A stretch of 64,000 bases of DNA from a virus. The DNA is taken from positions 1 through 64,000 of the IMG/VR virus record IMGVR_UViG_3300035490_000050; one strand, given 5' to 3'. The position numbers and the translations under genes are program-made. Numbering within the stretch: position 1 is the first letter of the stretch; every line of letters begins with the position of its first letter. This document shows positions 49,378 to 59,772 of the stretch, piece after piece. The notes beneath the pieces are model-generated. The model saw only the letters and a program-made list of their open reading frames with translations. It ran no database searches and was not told where the DNA came from.

Positions 49378-49636
49378 AAAGAATCGCGGAGAAAACCCAT
49401 CACCTGCTCCCTCGTCTGGAGGTAGCAATATGCACTTAGGAATTGACTCGGCTGAGAACGGATTCACAATCCGTATTAGCGGTAATAAAGATGGGAACTA
49501 CCATGAGAAGACTTTTATTGCCACGTCTCCACGTCAAGCCTTCCGCGTAGCAGCCGCGCACATGACGACGATGGGAAAGAAAAAGGCCGGTAAAAAGTCG
49601 AGAGGAAAGAAGTACACGGCTGGCAAAAAGGTTTAG
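49364..49636 (+). CDS. Basic protein I (90 aa)
   Basis: GGAGG RBS; ends GKKKAGKKSRGKKYTAGKKV. Confidence 0.7.
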   Translation: MAKRKKNRGENPSPAPSSGGSNMHLGIDSAENGFTIRISGNKDGNYHEKTFIATSPRQAFRVAAAHMTTMGKKKAGKKSRGKKYTAGKKV

Positions 49637-49645
49637 AATGGACGC

Positions 49646-50968
49646 ATGGGAAACGGCGTTTATACTTGGTTGCCCGTATCGACCGCTGTGCAGCAACTTG
49701 CGCAAAGGCTGAATGACCCCACTTACCAGTTTTGGGTCTACGATGAACTTTTGACGTACATCTCGCAGAGCCTTCGTCAATTCAACTCACTTACCTGGAC
49801 TTGGAGACAGGACTTCACTTATAACGATCCTCTCAACATCTGGAATTCGTTGGGTTCTCTTCCCAGTAGCCCACGACTGAGGACGATTACAGATGTAGAA
49901 GTATACGCCGAATTAGAGTATATGTTGCTTGAGCCAAGCAACTTAACAGGAACATGGACCGGCACAAACCAATTCAATCTCAGTGTAATCTCTCAGGCTC
50001 TCCAGCGCCGCAGGGACGAGATGATTCAGATCGGTAATCTGAATCAGTCGTTGATGACGGGTATACCGATTGTTCCGAACACAATCCGCACAGAACTTCC
50101 TGATAATATAATCGACGTAGAGCGCGTCAGGTACATACCAGCTACAGGAAGCCCAAACACCCTCTACCGAGACGATACAGTGGCTTCCGAGTGGTACGAA
50201 GCCCCTCTTTACCAGTTGAACCCAGGAACGCCACAGACGTTTTCACTATCGTCTGAGCCGCCTTTATCGTGGCAGGTGGATATTGCTCCTAACCAGCCGG
50301 GAACCTATGAGGCTATCGTATTGCAATCAGGAGCACCGTTTAATCCTCCTACGCCGACACTGGTAGGGATACCCGACGATCTTATATGGGTGTTGGAATA
50401 TGGCGCACTTGCAGACCTTCTAGGACAGGAAAGTGAAGCGACTGACAGAGAACGCAGTGCCTACGCTCTCAAGAGGTATCAGGACGGCTTACAGTTGATG
50501 ATGAAGAGTCCGTGGATCGAATTGGGGAAGATAAACGGGGTGGCGGTGAGTTTGGATTCAATCGTGAGCATGGATCGTTATTCTCCGGAATTCGACTCGA
50601 ATCCTACCGGCTTTGGGCCTGTGATCGTGGTAGGAGGCCAAGACTTCATCGGCGCTCCAGTGGGAAGCGGCGTGGGGGTCACGGTGCTTGGATCAGCCCC
50701 TATTCTCGATAGCACAAATACGTATATCCAAGTGTCAAGATCGGATGCTGACATCATGTTCGATCTTGCCCAGGCGAGAGCGGCGTTCAAGCAAGGTGGG
50801 GCAGAATTCATGGCCGCATTGGAGATTGAGAAGCGTGCGTTGCTTGCTTGTGCCGCAGAAAACACAAGGTTGAAGTCGCTCGGAGCCTTCAGTGATGTGA
50901 TCGACCAGCGCGGGAATCAACAAGAGCGCGACATGCAACGCTTCAATAACGCCAACAAAAGAAAATGA
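49646..50968 (+). CDS. Head-tail adaptor / tail tubular A-like protein
   Basis: LAQRLNDPT..FW..DELLTYISQSLRQF N-terminus; IPDD...LEYGALADLL. Confidence 0.65.
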   Translation: MGNGVYTWLPVSTAVQQLAQRLNDPTYQFWVYDELLTYISQSLRQFNSLTWTWRQDFTYNDPLNIWNSLGSLPSSPRLRTITDVEVYAELEYMLLEPSNLTGTWTGTNQFNLSVISQALQRRRDEMIQIGNLNQSLMTGIPIVPNTIRTELPDNIIDVERVRYIPATGSPNTLYRDDTVASEWYEAPLYQLNPGTPQTFSLSSEPPLSWQVDIAPNQPGTYEAIVLQSGAPFNPPTPTLVGIPDDLIWVLEYGALADLLGQESEATDRERSAYALKRYQDGLQLMMKSPWIELGKINGVAVSLDSIVSMDRYSPEFDSNPTGFGPVIVVGGQDFIGAPVGSGVGVTVLGSAPILDSTNTYIQVSRSDADIMFDLAQARAAFKQGGAEFMAALEIEKRALLACAAENTRLKSLGAFSDVIDQRGNQQERDMQRFNNANKRK

Positions 50969-51025
50969 TGTAAACTAGGTTCATCCGCGCTTTCCGGGAG
51001 AGGCGTGAGGATGAAAAGGTGATTT

Positions 51026-51256
51026 ATGCCGTTTCCTGCTCCCGATCCCCGCTGGTTGCCATTCCTTAAACTTGGATTTGGTTTCATTCTCCTTATCGTC
51101 CTAGCGATATTGGCGGCTGTGATTGCCTTGGGAAAGGTGGAGCAACAGACCTCATACGGCCTTAATATAATCCTTGGCGGCTTGCTTACGCTTGCTGGAG
51201 GGTTTACACAGTGGGCTTACGGCAGCACTAAAGGCGTGGACGGTGAGGAGAAGTGA
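51026..51256 (+). CDS. Two-TM membrane protein (holin-like)
   Basis: Two hydrophobic helices; 76 aa. Confidence 0.6.
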   Translation: MPFPAPDPRWLPFLKLGFGFILLIVLAILAAVIALGKVEQQTSYGLNIILGGLLTLAGGFTQWAYGSTKGVDGEEK

Positions 51257-54200
51257 TGGCAGAGTTTAATAGGAACAAGGGCGGCGAACGTCTCGACTTT
51301 CACGGCATGAGCGTTGCTAGTCCCATAGACATGCTCCCCTCTGGAAAATTTGTCTTTGCACAGAATCTCAGAAGATATATTAAAGGTGCAATAAAAGGCC
51401 GCAACCTTCTCACGGCGGAGCTCTATGTATTATCTGCTGCGGTGCATAGTCTAAAGCGGCTTAATGACTCTACTCCTAACAGCCCAGTTTCCGGCTACTC
51501 GATCATCAATGGTGCGAACACTGTTCTTTCTATTTGGAACTCAACGTTAGGGGTTGAGTCTGTTGCGACAGGATTGAGCGGAAACCCTGTTTCAATGGTT
51601 CCTTTCCGGCCAAATACATCAGTACAACCATGGATGTATGTGGCTGATTCAGCGCCGCAAGGAAACGTCACGATCACAACTGAGTATCTGATTAACGGGA
51701 CAGGAACGACATTCCAGACTGACGGAATGGTAAAAGTTAGGTCGGATGGCATTATTTACAAGATGGGCATAGAAGAGCCTCAGACTGCTCCTGTGGTTTC
51801 TACATCCAATTCGGCAGTGACCGTAACAGGATCATTGTTAGCAACATCTATCCCATGGACAAACTATACAGGGGCGAACTCCTCTTACAATTATGGTGAG
51901 ACGAATGGTTATCCTCATCCGCTAGTAGGAAGAGATGGAACGGCACCGTTTGTTGTCAATTGCGCCAATGCCTCAACAATCACAGTAGCACTTAGTGGCT
52001 CCGCAACCATTAACGGAGGTGCGGCAAGCCCTACAACAAACGGACCATCGACAGGATCGTCTACAAATCCCGGTCACTATGTGATGGTGCAGGGAACAGG
52101 AATGACGCCGCCAGTCACGGCATCGGTAGTCATCGGAGCGTTTACGGATGGTTCTGGAAATGTTATTCCTGTTGGCGTAGCGCCCCTTTATATTCCATCG
52201 GTTGTAGACGTTGGAGGGGCATTAGGTGGGCCTATAACAGTTCCTTACGGCGCACAGGCATTTCAAATAGGCATAAACTCGACAGGAAACACATTCTCTT
52301 CCAACTCTGGATCGTTCTCAATGACGGTTACGGTAACGACAAATGCTCTTCCTTCCGTGACTTCGACTCTCGGTACGATGACGGCGTATTACTGGGGAGA
52401 CAGTCCTACATCTGGTCCAGTAGCGGGGTATATATTCAAGAATCCTGACGATCCGGGTGGATCGGGTCCAACACGTTCAACCTCAGATGCGATAGGAAAC
52501 ACAACCGGAAACTCATTCATCTTTGATGCTACTTTTACTGGAGGAATTCCTGCACTTCCCGGAATAGGTTCGCCTACTGTTCCGATGTTGTGGGCAGATT
52601 TGAATCCAGACAGTGTGGTTGTTGGGTCTAATCCAGTATTTGCGGCTCCGATAACAAACCCCTATACTACAAATACTCAATTTCAGAACTTCAATTTTTG
52701 CCTAACAGGTAGCATCTACTTTCCTTCCGGTGGAAACTACACATTCGTCTTAACTAATCATGATGACGTTATTTGGGGTATCGGCGGTGGAGTAACGTTA
52801 GTTTCAGCAACCGTATCAGGAAGCGGCGAAGGAGCAAGCGCTTCAATCTCAGGTTACGGTCAGACCATTACAGTTGTAGGAGGATACCCTCTACTTCCAA
52901 GACAGAATTATACGTCTGGAAGCGGTGGAAACTACGCTAAGACGACGGTCGTAGTCAGTGTTCCTGCGGCTGGAATTTACCCGATTGAACTTGACTATGA
53001 TTATTGGTATCATTCAGGACGTATTTTGCTCTTGATGGCCTCTGCGACCGCTGGAGGCGCTGCAACGATCATCCCACCTTTGACCGCAGGAGTTCGTCAA
53101 CAGGTACAATATCGCTACGTGTACCGCTCAAGCGCGACAGGAGCAATGTCGAATCCATCTCCTGAATCGACGGCTGAATCCGTTCCAGTCACAGCAAACA
53201 CGATTACGTCTATTTGGTCTCCTGACCCTCAAGTGGACGTTGTTGACTACTACCGAATTGACTCCGTGACTTCTGAGTTTACCTATGTGAACACAGGACC
53301 AAATGATAATCTCGGCGTAGGAGGGACAAACACTCCGGTTACGGATTCTCTGCTCGATACGGAACTTGGAACACAGTTGCTTCAATACGATAACTATGAG
53401 CCTTTTCCATCCATCGATCTTCCGCAGAAAGGAACTTGCACAGTAAGCGGTGGAGTAATTACATGGGTTTCCGGTGGGGCGATAGGAGGATCGGCAACTG
53501 GATTCAATAACCGTTGGCTGGCAGGAACCGAAATTCTTATTGGTTCTCCTACATCTCTGGCTTACACATTCATTGCCCGTCCTGTTTCTAACACGATCAC
53601 GATACCCGGAGTTCCTGATGGAACAGGACTAGCGTATGAGATTCCTGAGCCGATTTTGGCTGCACAGCCATTGCCGTACATGTGGGGTCCGACAGATAAC
53701 ATCAATTATGTCTTTGCCGTAGGTGACCTGTTTAGGCCAGGAACACTGTATTGGTGCAAGGGATCAAACCTGGATGCTGCTCCCGACACAAACCAAATGG
53801 ATGTCACTGATCCTGGAGAACCGCTGGTCAATGGTGCAATTGCCGGTGGGCTAGGAGTGCTATTCTCGATTAAGCGTGCATGGCTGATTGTTCCCAGTTC
53901 CGGTAGTGCTGTTGCCGCCGCCACAGGAACTGTAGGATCGATATGGAATTTGCAGGAATCCTCAATTACGAGGGGACTGTATATTCCTCGTTGCGTTTGC
54001 GTTTCAGGGGGTGGATTGATTTATTTCAGAGTAGATGATGGGATTCACGTTTCTTCTTACGGATCGGCAAGTAAGTCAATTACAGACCAAGATTTGTACC
54101 CGTTATTTACCCATGAATCCTCTGCGCCTGCTGCTGCGGTAACAATTGCAGGGTATACTATCTATCCGCCAGATGATACGCAGCCTAATCTCCAACGCTT

Positions 54201-54513
54201 CTCAATACAAGGTGCTTACATGTACTGGGACTATCGAGGAATCGATGGAAACCCTCACACACTCGTGTTCGACGAAGCGGCGATGGGGTGGGTTTATGAC
54301 GTTTACACGCCAGCAGCTACCATTCACGCTCCAGACGAAGGGCAGAGTATAGGAGAAACGCTTGTAGGATGCTCTGACGGAAGCGTAAGATTGATGAGCA
54401 GCGCAGGAACAGAATCGGCTACGGCGGTATTGTTGACGCCAGCGTTCGATAAAGGCGATACGAGATCGATTGCTCAGTGGGGCGATCTCTATATCGAAAG
54501 CACTAATCCATAG
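51253..54513 (+). CDS. Tail nozzle/stabilisation-like protein with inserted PA14-like domain
   Basis: 1086 aa; N-terminal FHGMS...LPSG..AQN; YRYVYRSS; beta-propeller-like C-half; PA14-like FCLTGSIYFPSGGNYTF..HDD...YPIELDY. Confidence 0.6.
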   Translation: MMAEFNRNKGGERLDFHGMSVASPIDMLPSGKFVFAQNLRRYIKGAIKGRNLLTAELYVLSAAVHSLKRLNDSTPNSPVSGYSIINGANTVLSIWNSTLGVESVATGLSGNPVSMVPFRPNTSVQPWMYVADSAPQGNVTITTEYLINGTGTTFQTDGMVKVRSDGIIYKMGIEEPQTAPVVSTSNSAVTVTGSLLATSIPWTNYTGANSSYNYGETNGYPHPLVGRDGTAPFVVNCANASTITVALSGSATINGGAASPTTNGPSTGSSTNPGHYVMVQGTGMTPPVTASVVIGAFTDGSGNVIPVGVAPLYIPSVVDVGGALGGPITVPYGAQAFQIGINSTGNTFSSNSGSFSMTVTVTTNALPSVTSTLGTMTAYYWGDSPTSGPVAGYIFKNPDDPGGSGPTRSTSDAIGNTTGNSFIFDATFTGGIPALPGIGSPTVPMLWADLNPDSVVVGSNPVFAAPITNPYTTNTQFQNFNFCLTGSIYFPSGGNYTFVLTNHDDVIWGIGGGVTLVSATVSGSGEGASASISGYGQTITVVGGYPLLPRQNYTSGSGGNYAKTTVVVSVPAAGIYPIELDYDYWYHSGRILLLMASATAGGAATIIPPLTAGVRQQVQYRYVYRSSATGAMSNPSPESTAESVPVTANTITSIWSPDPQVDVVDYYRIDSVTSEFTYVNTGPNDNLGVGGTNTPVTDSLLDTELGTQLLQYDNYEPFPSIDLPQKGTCTVSGGVITWVSGGAIGGSATGFNNRWLAGTEILIGSPTSLAYTFIARPVSNTITIPGVPDGTGLAYEIPEPILAAQPLPYMWGPTDNINYVFAVGDLFRPGTLYWCKGSNLDAAPDTNQMDVTDPGEPLVNGAIAGGLGVLFSIKRAWLIVPSSGSAVAAATGTVGSIWNLQESSITRGLYIPRCVCVSGGGLIYFRVDDGIHVSSYGSASKSITDQDLYPLFTHESSAPAAAVTIAGYTIYPPDDTQPNLQRFSIQGAYMYWDYRGIDGNPHTLVFDEAAMGWVYDVYTPAATIHAPDEGQSIGETLVGCSDGSVRLMSSAGTESATAVLLTPAFDKGDTRSIAQWGDLYIESTNP

Positions 54514-54521
54514 GAAACATC

Positions 54522-56012
54522 ATGGCGCTTGTAGGAATAAGTCTGACGGTCGACTGCTACACGGCACTCTATACGTCACAGGTGTCTAACGCCAATATTA
54601 CCGTCTCAAGTTCTGTATCTCAGGGACGCACAGAAACAGTCCTAGATTTTAACAATGGAGATGGAGTATACGCCCGTGACCTTGAGACCTCCTTCTCATG
54701 GCCTATCTCAGCAGGAACTATTCTCTACACATGGCAACCGACGCTAATTGAAAAACCGGAAAACACTTATAATCGCGCGACAGATTGGGATAATGCTGGC
54801 GTGCCGGGGAATAAACTTATCCGTGGATTTATCCTTGAACTTGACACGCTAGGAAATGCAAAAGAGGTAATAGTACAGCGCGTAGAAGACAATGGATTTT
54901 TTACTCCTAGCGAGTCACCGGCTACAACAAACTCGCAAGTTCTAAAGGCATTCAGTTTCAATCCACCGTTTGTATCACATAATGTTCGCATAACCAGCAC
55001 TGATAGTGTGGCATGGAGAAACTTTGGAGTAAAATGGATTGCCGATCCGTGGGTAGAATACGCAACATTAAGGAGCGCATGGTCTAATTTGGGAATGCAG
55101 GGAGCCAAGTATATTCGCGGATTAGTTATTCCTATGGATACGCAAGGGATAGCCGCAAACATAAACATACTTACGTCGGATGGAGGAAGTGTAGGATTTA
55201 CGGCGACGACTCCAACGGCTGTTAAAACTCCTGTATCTTTCGCATTTGATCCTCCAATAGTTGCACATGACGTGCAGATTGAAATGCTTACTGCTACAGC
55301 AGGAGCATGGGTTGAAGAGGCACGATGGGACTTCGATCCTTACCCTGAAATAATTCCAGAATATACGCCGATTATGGAGATCGGTGGTCCTGACAATAAG
55401 TTTGTACAGGGAGTGAAGCTAATAGCGGATACGGCGAACACTTCCGTAACATTTCAAGTATTGTACGATGGAGGGCAGATAGGTCCGACATTTACTGGAA
55501 CATTCAACGGTAAACAGACGTTGATATTCTCATGGATACCATTCCTAGCGCACGATATTCAGTTGGTTCCACAAGCAAACGCAAGAGTTTGGTACGGAGG
55601 GGTTGGACAAGGTCAATCGGAATGGGTTTACCAGCCATTCCCAGAGTCATCTACGTTATGGCAAACGGAAATGACATCTCTCGGAGGAGTTGGTTTCCAT
55701 CATTTGAGGCTTATCAACATTGAGTACATATCCACTGCGGCTGCAACGCTGTCGTTTGTTGTGGATACAGGTAATGGAAGTTATGCTCCGCTAAACATAA
55801 CGATTCCATCTTCGGGAGGAACGCAGACTAAATGGTTCACACAGGTGTCTCCGAATAAGTGGAAATTGATTTCTTTCAAAGTAGTATCATCGGCTCCAAT
55901 CACAATTTTCCAAGAGGGTTTTGAGGTCTGGACTAAAAGTTGGGGAAGCACAGGCGAGTACAACAAACAAAAGCCATTTGCAGGACCGTCAAATTCAGGA
56001 GCAATTGTTTGA
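54522..56012 (+). CDS. Virion protein built from four about 100-aa repeats
   Basis: Repeated GxKxIRG..L..DT...FxFxPPxxAHD/NV.I...W..DP.PE. Confidence 0.65.
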   Translation: MALVGISLTVDCYTALYTSQVSNANITVSSSVSQGRTETVLDFNNGDGVYARDLETSFSWPISAGTILYTWQPTLIEKPENTYNRATDWDNAGVPGNKLIRGFILELDTLGNAKEVIVQRVEDNGFFTPSESPATTNSQVLKAFSFNPPFVSHNVRITSTDSVAWRNFGVKWIADPWVEYATLRSAWSNLGMQGAKYIRGLVIPMDTQGIAANINILTSDGGSVGFTATTPTAVKTPVSFAFDPPIVAHDVQIEMLTATAGAWVEEARWDFDPYPEIIPEYTPIMEIGGPDNKFVQGVKLIADTANTSVTFQVLYDGGQIGPTFTGTFNGKQTLIFSWIPFLAHDIQLVPQANARVWYGGVGQGQSEWVYQPFPESSTLWQTEMTSLGGVGFHHLRLINIEYISTAAATLSFVVDTGNGSYAPLNITIPSSGGTQTKWFTQVSPNKWKLISFKVVSSAPITIFQEGFEVWTKSWGSTGEYNKQKPFAGPSNSGAIV

Positions 56013-56118
56013 AGAATCCGGTGACTCCAAGGCGATGCAAGCGTTGCGGGGCGATAGGTCATGTGCCTCACGCTGGAGGATTATGCCCTTCATGCACTAA
56101 GTGGCAGGAGAATAAGAA

Positions 56119-56967
56119 GTGAGTACAACTCCTACGATCACGCCGAAATTCCCGTTTGAACCGCATATTGCATCGCTTTCAAGCGAGCATCAGTACGTTC
56201 TTAGAAATTTATGGTACTCGATAAATGATGCACAAAATGCTGTTCCAATATTAAAGGCTCAAATTGACGCACTTACGAAAACAACGGCAGCGAATACAAC
56301 AGCCATAAACACAATTTCATCCAGCGAAACAGTTACTCCATCGTCCTCTTCTTCTATAGGATTTGTTAACAATCAGACTGGAAATACAACTTACGCGACA
56401 ACGCAGGCAGATGCGGGAGCATTTATCATCTTAGACGATGCTTCTCCGATTGCGGTTACATTAACGAGCGATCCTTCTATTCAATTGCCGTGGGAGACAA
56501 ACTTTCTCAATTTAGGGGTAGGAATAGCGACGTTAACGCCAGCGACAGGAACAATCAACGGACTTGCTTCGCTGACTTTACCTCAAAATGGGTATGTCAC
56601 GGTGTCGTTCGATGGAACAAATTTCTGGCTTGGACCGCCTCCACAAATCATTACAAAGGGCGGAACGGTTCTTAATCCTACGGCTCCAATCAACGTCATT
56701 GTGTGGTTTGCGCCATATTCTTTCACGATCACAAACGTTTTGGGGTACACTTCAGGGACGACAGGATCGGTGATAAACGCGCAGAGGAACGGTTCTTTAC
56801 CTCTTTTGGTGAGCAATTTGACCCTTGGAAGCGCAAATACTTGGACGGATGGAGGGGCAGTACAGAACACGGCGGTTTCAATCGGTGATAAACTGGAAAT
56901 CGTGATAGTAAGCGTTTCAGGGACGCCGACAGAGATTGCTATAGAAATTCAGGGTACGAGGCCATAG
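56119..56967 (+). CDS. Tail fibre-like virion protein
   Basis: Coiled coil, then TYATTQADAG...LT...FLNLG.G..TLTP..GTING domain typical of fibres. Confidence 0.6.
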   Translation: MSTTPTITPKFPFEPHIASLSSEHQYVLRNLWYSINDAQNAVPILKAQIDALTKTTAANTTAINTISSSETVTPSSSSSIGFVNNQTGNTTYATTQADAGAFIILDDASPIAVTLTSDPSIQLPWETNFLNLGVGIATLTPATGTINGLASLTLPQNGYVTVSFDGTNFWLGPPPQIITKGGTVLNPTAPINVIVWFAPYSFTITNVLGYTSGTTGSVINAQRNGSLPLLVSNLTLGSANTWTDGGAVQNTAVSIGDKLEIVIVSVSGTPTEIAIEIQGTRP

Positions 56968-57312
56968 ATGGAGATTCTCCCCGATTCCCGATGCAAGAAC
57001 GCGACAGGAGTAGTGCAGATAAATGGGGTGAATCATGTTCCTATTTTCTGTATGAATTGTGGAACACCGGGAGGATTGGTTACCGAGAGAGGGATAAACT
57101 TTGTTGGGTGGATGTGTGACTCTTGTCAGGAGAAGTATCCTTTGCCGCCAGGAACCTATGCATTACCGGATGACGAGCATAATCGTAAAGTGGCAGAGGA
57201 ATTGGCAAAGGTTGGGCCTCTGAATCTCAACAGGATAGCGGAACTTTTGAAGGATGACCGTAGTACTTTGGCGCGGCTTGCCAGAGACAATCCAATTTTC
57301 GGTAGCAACTAA
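56968..57312 (+). CDS. Zn-finger protein
   Basis: CMNCG...CDSC. Confidence 0.65.
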   Translation: MEILPDSRCKNATGVVQINGVNHVPIFCMNCGTPGGLVTERGINFVGWMCDSCQEKYPLPPGTYALPDDEHNRKVAEELAKVGPLNLNRIAELLKDDRSTLARLARDNPIFGSN

Positions 57313-57323
57313 GGAGAATCACA

Positions 57324-57809
57324 ATGGCACAAATGGTCTATGTTGACGGGTTAGCAACCCCCGGAAACTTCACAACGAGCGGTTCGGCAAACACGGAAGT
57401 CGGTGCTATTGACTTCTTAGCGGCAGCAACAGGGCAGAGCGTAAACATGCTTGCGCTAAGTTGCGGCGGAAAAAGCTCAGGCTTGACAACTCTGACTGCA
57501 ATCGCACTCCGTGTGCGCAAGTATGGAACCGCTTCAACGGGTGGAACTGGCTCATCTATTGTCGCGGTGGACCCAGCAATGCAGGCGGCTACGCACACGT
57601 CGAATACAGGCCAAACTTTAGGGTCTACACCAACCTATTTGATGAGCGTGATCTTTGGTGCAGCGGGTCCGGGTGGATGGGTAGCTCCTAACCCTGATGC
57701 CATGCCACGTTTGAAGGCTGCGTCTACTACAGCTTCTTTGGATATTGTTTCAACCACAGGCGGAACGTCATTGCCGTTTGAACTCACGGCTCAGATTGTA
57801 GAACTGTAA
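57324..57809 (+). CDS. Beta-rich structural-like protein
   Basis: AAGGAG RBS; T/G/A/S-rich. Confidence 0.65.
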   Translation: MAQMVYVDGLATPGNFTTSGSANTEVGAIDFLAAATGQSVNMLALSCGGKSSGLTTLTAIALRVRKYGTASTGGTGSSIVAVDPAMQAATHTSNTGQTLGSTPTYLMSVIFGAAGPGGWVAPNPDAMPRLKAASTTASLDIVSTTGGTSLPFELTAQIVEL

Positions 57810-57818
57810 GGAGCGGCG

Positions 57819-58403
57819 ATGGCAAGGCAGTATTTCAACACTCTTCTCGCGGATTCTCTTGTTGCGGCGCTTGCTACTACGCCGACGACCACTCAGACTG
57901 CTCTCTTCACTCAAGCACAAGCGAATCTCTATCTGCCTGTACCGTATGGAGCGAACGCCCCATCGGTCGGGCAGGTATTCCGGTTCGTGGTCGGTGGGAT
58001 TATCACCACGCCAGCCACAGGCACCCTCATCATAACCCCGTACTACGGGTCGAACACCGCAACGACTACGTTCGGCACGAGCATGGGTGCCAGCGCCGCG
58101 CAGACCGTGACAGCCAGCCTTTCAAGCGCGCCATGGAGGCTGGAAGGGTCGTTGGTATTCCGCTCGATCTCCGCGACCGCTTCTTCCTCCACGGCATGGC
58201 TCACCGGAACTTTCTGTTCACAGGGAACTCTTGCGACGGCTGGTGGCGGATGGACTATCGTTTTTGGCTCAACTGCCGCAGTGACCGTGGACACGACAGG
58301 AACGGTGACAACGAATTCGCAAAATTTGAATTTCTCAGTGACCTTCTCCGTGACCGGGGCAACGGTCACCGTCGAATACACAGCGATGCAATCGCTGAAC
58401 TAA
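57819..58403 (+). CDS. Beta-rich structural-like protein
   Basis: AAGGAG RBS; Thr-rich jelly-roll-like pattern. Confidence 0.65.
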   Translation: MARQYFNTLLADSLVAALATTPTTTQTALFTQAQANLYLPVPYGANAPSVGQVFRFVVGGIITTPATGTLIITPYYGSNTATTTFGTSMGASAAQTVTASLSSAPWRLEGSLVFRSISATASSSTAWLTGTFCSQGTLATAGGGWTIVFGSTAAVTVDTTGTVTTNSQNLNFSVTFSVTGATVTVEYTAMQSLN

Positions 58404-58404
58404 T

Positions 58405-59733
58405 ATGCCGCATGTAACCGGCACAGTCGGCGCGCACGGCCCGATCAAGCCGTTCGAGTTCTTCACTGAATCACCCGCCAATCCGCCCGCCCAAACGGCG
58501 ATTGACGACGGCTCCGATGGGTGGGACGGATTAGCTAGTACCTTCGGTCAGACAGCGGTAGCAATCGCCGCATCTCTTGCGTTAACCGTCTCCATGACGG
58601 CGGCGGCGCAACAACCGTATATCCAAGATGAGCTTCCGCAACAGGCTACTGTAGTCGATGATATTCAGTGGCAGAATCCTACTTTCCCCATTGCTCCGTC
58701 ATGGAACATTCAACAGTTCCTTGTTGACACGGATTACATCCCACAGATTTCGGTTGATGAACAGTACAGGGTCGAGCCGGTACAGCCTGTCGCTTTTGAG
58801 TCCGACTGGACAACCCCACTCATCTTCACGGACCCGGATTATCCTCCGCAAATAGGAGTAGATGAGAGTCCTTGGCAGAACCCTGTCCAACCTTTCTCTC
58901 CAGCATGGAACCAGCAAGTAACATTCTACGATTCCGATCCTCTTCCTTCGCTGGTTGATGAGGTTTACTGGTTTTATTCTACTCCGTTTAATCAGCCTTC
59001 ATGGAATATTCAACTATCTCAACCCGACATCGACTACGTACCGCCCATAGCCGCAACAGTTGTAGATGAAATCTATGCTCTTCCTCTGCCGTCAAGCGTT
59101 CCTGGTGCGGATTGGTTTACTCAGCCTGTTACGGTAGATGGAGACTACACACCTCAAATCTCAATAGAGGAGCAATTCTGGCAGAACCCTGTAATTCCTG
59201 TCCCGCCACAGGCGAATCTACAGTCTCCAGTACCACTCGATGCAGATTATCTTCCACAGATCACAGTGGATGAGCAGTACTGGATAAACCCTGTTAAGCC
59301 GCAGGTTCCTGGCGCGGATTGGACCTACCAGCCACCGCCTGTTGAGGATGACTACTTACCATCTCTTTCGATAGACGACACGCCGTGGGTCAATCCTGTA
59401 GCGCCGGTAGCGCCTCAGTGGAACGCTCAACCCCCTACGGCTCCAGACGCAGATTACATTCCTCAGATAGCCGTTTCTGATGACGTTTGGCAGAATCCTA
59501 TTGCGCCGCCAGGACCAGGAGCGGATTGGAATAAACCGCTGGTCACAGTTGATGAGCAGCGGGTTACCTACGTTGCGCCGCCGTTAGTTCCTGAAGAAAT
59601 TTACTGGATAAACCACGTCAAGCCGACAGGAATAGAGAACATTCCTTTACAGCAGTGGACGTTTGATGAGTGGGGATTACCGATTGCGCCGTCAGTGACG
59701 ACATCGTTTGTGGTCTGGCTAAATGATGATTAG
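58405..59733 (+). CDS. Acidic Pro/Trp-rich tandem-repeat protein
   Basis: About ten 32-36-aa repeats VDExxWxNPVxPxxPxWxxQPxxxDxDYxPQIx. Confidence 0.75.
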   Translation: MPHVTGTVGAHGPIKPFEFFTESPANPPAQTAIDDGSDGWDGLASTFGQTAVAIAASLALTVSMTAAAQQPYIQDELPQQATVVDDIQWQNPTFPIAPSWNIQQFLVDTDYIPQISVDEQYRVEPVQPVAFESDWTTPLIFTDPDYPPQIGVDESPWQNPVQPFSPAWNQQVTFYDSDPLPSLVDEVYWFYSTPFNQPSWNIQLSQPDIDYVPPIAATVVDEIYALPLPSSVPGADWFTQPVTVDGDYTPQISIEEQFWQNPVIPVPPQANLQSPVPLDADYLPQITVDEQYWINPVKPQVPGADWTYQPPPVEDDYLPSLSIDDTPWVNPVAPVAPQWNAQPPTAPDADYIPQIAVSDDVWQNPIAPPGPGADWNKPLVTVDEQRVTYVAPPLVPEEIYWINHVKPTGIENIPLQQWTFDEWGLPIAPSVTTSFVVWLNDD

Positions 59734-59744
59734 TAAGAGAACTG

Positions 59745-59772
59745 TTGCGCTATCTGTGTTTTGGGGTACAAT
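59745..59772 (+). promoter_or_regulatory. Candidate promoter for the ejection-protein genes
   Basis: TTGCGC-16 nt-TACAAT. Confidence 0.5.
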
